A DNA stretch of 64,000 nucleotides. Origin: Smithellaceae bacterium (GTDB lineage Bacteria > Desulfobacterota > Syntrophia > Syntrophales > Smithellaceae). Positions within the stretch are counted from its first letter, which is position 1; every line of letters starts with the position of its first letter. The DNA lies in NCBI GenBank assembly GCA_030690945.1, contig JAUYFM010000022.1:1014-65013 (forward strand). The letters are read 5' to 3'. The position numbers and the translations under genes are program-made. The notes beneath the pieces are model-generated. The model was not told the origin of the DNA. It saw nothing but the letters and a program-made list of their open reading frames with translations, and ran no database searches. Shown piece by piece: positions 61,246-64,000 of this stretch.

Positions 61246-63450
61246 ATGAAAGAACATGCATTTTATGTAGGTCGTGAAGGCCGCGAAGTTTTCTGGAACA
61301 TCCCCCTGCCGGTGTTTGAGATTCTGCTTTTCGCGCTCACGGCGGTTGCGCTGGGCATATTCGGCTATGGTGTGTACCATCGCTGGCGGATATGGAAAGC
61401 GATGGGCAAGCCGGAAATGCGCCTGGACAACATCAAGGAAAGAGTCATAACGGTTCTCAAAGAAATTTTCCTGCAAAATAAAGTCCTGAAAGACCCTTAT
61501 CCCGGAATCATGCACGCCTTAATTTTCTTTGGTTTTTTTGTTTTAATTTTTGGCGCCGCTTTTGATGCCGGCCAGCATCATGTTACGGAACCGCTCTTTG
61601 GCTGGACATTCCTGAAAGGCAATTTTTATTTAGGTTTTTCATTTCTGATGGATCTGTTCGGACTGTTGGTACTGATCGGTGTGATTATTGCGCTCGACCG
61701 CCGCTTTGTTCAAAAACCGGACCGTCTGGGTTATAAAGGCGAGATCGACAACACCCCCGATGACGTTATCGTTCTTCTACTCATCGGCGCCATCATCATT
61801 ACCGGGTTTATCGTCGAGGCGCTGCGCATATACGTAACCAATCCGCCCTGGGAAGTCTGGTCGTTTGTGGGCTGGCTTTTGTCCCGCACCTTTACGGGCA
61901 TAGAACTGGACACCGCCCGCATCCTGCACCAATTAACCTGGTGGCTGCACGCGGTTCTGGGGCTGGGTTTCATCGCGTACATTCCCTATTCGCGCCTGCT
62001 GCACATCATCACGACGCCCGCGAACCATTTCCTTGAATCCTACAAGCCGACCGGTTACATTGAACCCATCCGTGATTTTGAAAATGCGGAAGCGTTCGGC
62101 GTGGGCAAGCTGGACGAATTTACCTGGAAGCAGATTTTTGATTCCGACGCCTGCACGCGCTGCGGACGCTGCCAGGACGGTTGCCCGGCTTATCTGACCG
62201 GCAAGCCTCTGTCGCCCAAGAAAATGGTCCAGGATATTAAAACCTACTGGCTGGAAAACGCCCCGGCGGCGGTGGCGGCAAAAAAGGCGGAACTCGAGGC
62301 GAGCGGTGAGGCGGCCAAGCAGAATGTCTTTATGCGGGGGCTGAACAAGGTTGACTCCGTCGTCGACAAGGCAGTGCTCTCCTTCAAGCGCGACAAGGCC
62401 CCTGCGGAGAAGGCTCTTGTGGGTGAAGTCGTTGACCTGCATGAACTGTGGGCCTGCACCAACTGTATGTATTGCATGGAACACTGCTCGGCTTCCATCG
62501 AGCATGTGCCAAAGATTATTGATATGCGGCGTTACAAGGTTTTGACCGAAGCGGATTTCGCTCCCGAACTGCAATTGACCTGTCGCAATATGGAAAACAA
62601 CTCCAATCCGTGGGGTGTGGGTGCTCATTTGCGCGGTGATTGGGCCAAGGAATTGGGCATCAAAACATTGGCTGAAGATCCCAGTGTGGAATATCTGTTC
62701 TACGTGGGTTGTTCGGGTTCGTTTGACGACCGCGGCAAAAAGATTTCCATCGCACTGGCTAAGATTTTGCAGGAAGCGGGTGTCAGCTTTGGTATCCTGG
62801 GTAATGAAGAAGGCTGCTGTGGCGACTCAGCGATGCGCGCCGGGAACGAGTATCTCTTCCAGACGCTGGCCCAGACCAATATTGACGTGATGAACGGCTA
62901 TGGCGTGAAGAAAATCATCGCCATCTGTCCGCACGGTTATAACGCGCTGAAGAAAGACTACCCGAATTTCGGCGGCAACTTTGAAGTGTACCATCACACC
63001 GAGATCATCGCGAAGTTGATTGCCGACGGCAAGATCAGATTGACTCAGCCGCTGTCGGGAACGTTTGTCTATCACGACTCCTGTTTCCTCGGGCGTTACA
63101 ACAACGTTTACGATCAGCCTCGTCAGATTCTGAAAGCCATTCCCGGTCTCCAACTGGTGGAAATGGAGCGCAGCTTCGACAAGAGCTTCTGTTGCGGCGC
63201 CGGCGGTGCCAGAATGTGGATGGAAGAAGATATCGGAGAGCGAATCAACAATGCACGCACCAAGCAGGCGATGGCCGTTAAGGCCGACACGATTGCCGTA
63301 GGTTGTCCGTTCTGCCTCACCATGATGTCTGACGGCATCAAGGATCAGCAGATGAGCGAAACGATGCAGGCTTGGGATATCGCTGAACTGGTTGTTAAGG
63401 CAATGGGCAAAGAAGAAGTTAAGCCACCCGTTGATGCATGTGCGGTCTAG
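61246..63450 (+). CDS. Membrane-bound (Fe-S) oxidoreductase: N-terminal polytopic domain + 2x[4Fe-4S] + two CCG domains (Etf-associated, HdrD/GlpC-like)
   Basis: ATG 61246 follows GGAGG. It has about 5 N-terminal TM helices, CTRCGRCQDGCP and CTNCMYCMEHC motifs, and CCG-type motifs (CCGDS, CCGAGG). Confidence 0.8.
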   Translation: MKEHAFYVGREGREVFWNIPLPVFEILLFALTAVALGIFGYGVYHRWRIWKAMGKPEMRLDNIKERVITVLKEIFLQNKVLKDPYPGIMHALIFFGFFVLIFGAAFDAGQHHVTEPLFGWTFLKGNFYLGFSFLMDLFGLLVLIGVIIALDRRFVQKPDRLGYKGEIDNTPDDVIVLLLIGAIIITGFIVEALRIYVTNPPWEVWSFVGWLLSRTFTGIELDTARILHQLTWWLHAVLGLGFIAYIPYSRLLHIITTPANHFLESYKPTGYIEPIRDFENAEAFGVGKLDEFTWKQIFDSDACTRCGRCQDGCPAYLTGKPLSPKKMVQDIKTYWLENAPAAVAAKKAELEASGEAAKQNVFMRGLNKVDSVVDKAVLSFKRDKAPAEKALVGEVVDLHELWACTNCMYCMEHCSASIEHVPKIIDMRRYKVLTEADFAPELQLTCRNMENNSNPWGVGAHLRGDWAKELGIKTLAEDPSVEYLFYVGCSGSFDDRGKKISIALAKILQEAGVSFGILGNEEGCCGDSAMRAGNEYLFQTLAQTNIDVMNGYGVKKIIAICPHGYNALKKDYPNFGGNFEVYHHTEIIAKLIADGKIRLTQPLSGTFVYHDSCFLGRYNNVYDQPRQILKAIPGLQLVEMERSFDKSFCCGAGGARMWMEEDIGERINNARTKQAMAVKADTIAVGCPFCLTMMSDGIKDQQMSETMQAWDIAELVVKAMGKEEVKPPVDACAV

Positions 63451-63481
63451 TGCAAACACGACCAGCATGATTAACTGATTT

Positions 63482-63523
63482 AACAAAGAGCCCGATCTGA
63501 AAAGAAAGGGCTCTTTGTTTATT
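63482..63523 (+). terminator. Terminator after the Fe-S oxidoreductase gene
   Basis: AACAAAGAGCCC...GGGCTCTTTGTT forms a 12-bp stem, followed by TATT. Confidence 0.6.
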
Positions 63524-63598
63524 AGGCAAATAGGCTGTCAGGCTGAACGACCGATCCCCACTGAAGGGGGCGCGCGGTCAAGCTGAAGGAGCAGATAC

Positions 63599-64000
63599 AT
63601 GTCATTACATCTCAATAAATTAAAATCTTTTCATGGCAGAAAAGGCCCCCTGTTGTTGATTATCATGGACGGCGTGGGCATAGGTAAAGCAGATGAAACG
63701 AATGCCGTTTACCGGGCCGATACACCCAACCTTGATAAGTTGTTCAAATCTGATCTATACACGCAACTGAAGGCTCACGGTATGGCAGTTGGACTGCCCT
63801 CAGATGATGACATGGGAAACAGCGAGGTAGGGCACAATGCCATGGGTGCCGGGAGGGTCTTTGAACAGGGCGCCCGTCTTGTAAATGCGGCGCTCAAAAC
63901 GGGAAGAATTTTTCAAACCGAGGTCTGGGACAGCATCGTAAAGCGTTCCCAAAACGGGGGGACGGTCCATTTTATCGGGCTGCTCTCAGACGGGAATGTC
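63599..64000 (+). CDS. gpmI: 2,3-bisphosphoglycerate-independent phosphoglycerate mutase (N-terminal part; runs off the window)
   Basis: GAAGGAG RBS and ATG 63599. LLIIMDGVGIG...NAV..A.TPNLD and MGNSEVGHNAMGAGR motifs. The frame stays open to the window end, so it is absent from the ORF track. Confidence 0.88.
   Translation, partial: MSLHLNKLKSFHGRKGPLLLIIMDGVGIGKADETNAVYRADTPNLDKLFKSDLYTQLKAHGMAVGLPSDDDMGNSEVGHNAMGAGRVFEQGARLVNAALKTGRIFQTEVWDSIVKRSQNGGTVHFIGLLSDGNV

Overview
This 64-kb chromosomal window looks like a Desulfobacterota-type (delta-proteobacterial) anaerobe. That is an inference from gene content: a split F-ATPase operon with b and b' subunits, EtfAB plus a membrane Fe-S oxidoreductase, a probable selenoprotein, and many Fe-S and flavin reductases. 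Most of the window is housekeeping: ppiD, mreBCD-mrdA-rodA plus a bactofilin, atpF'FHAGDC, greA, moaA, smc, ftsY, trxB, lgt, a P-type ATPase, tkt-pgi, an S1-domain protein, acs, etfBA and gpmI (3' end runs off the window). There are three tRNAs: Leu-CAA, Ala-GGC and Arg-CCT. The accessory part spans about 27.3-39.4 kb. Directly after tRNA-Arg lies an AT-rich, decayed, mobile-looking segment with gene remnants, an intact Fic gene, an AAA/DUF4143 ATPase, and 57-nt direct repeats exactly 2300 bp apart. It is followed by a visibly GC-richer, TetR-headed minus-strand operon of uncharacterised redox proteins: a ferredoxin-nitroreductase fusion, a Cys-rich Fe-S protein, an 803-aa DUF362-like protein, an OYE/FadH-type flavoenzyme and a HesB-like protein. 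Two structured repeat elements punctuate that operon. The most solid hidden feature is an in-frame TGA (41655-41657) at the redox-active Cys position of a CoA-disulfide-reductase/NADH-oxidase homologue, followed by a SECIS-like hairpin. This is probably a selenoprotein that the ORF track splits in two. I saw no CRISPR array, rRNA, transposase or integrase. All family assignments come from motif recognition by eye and none was verified by a database search.
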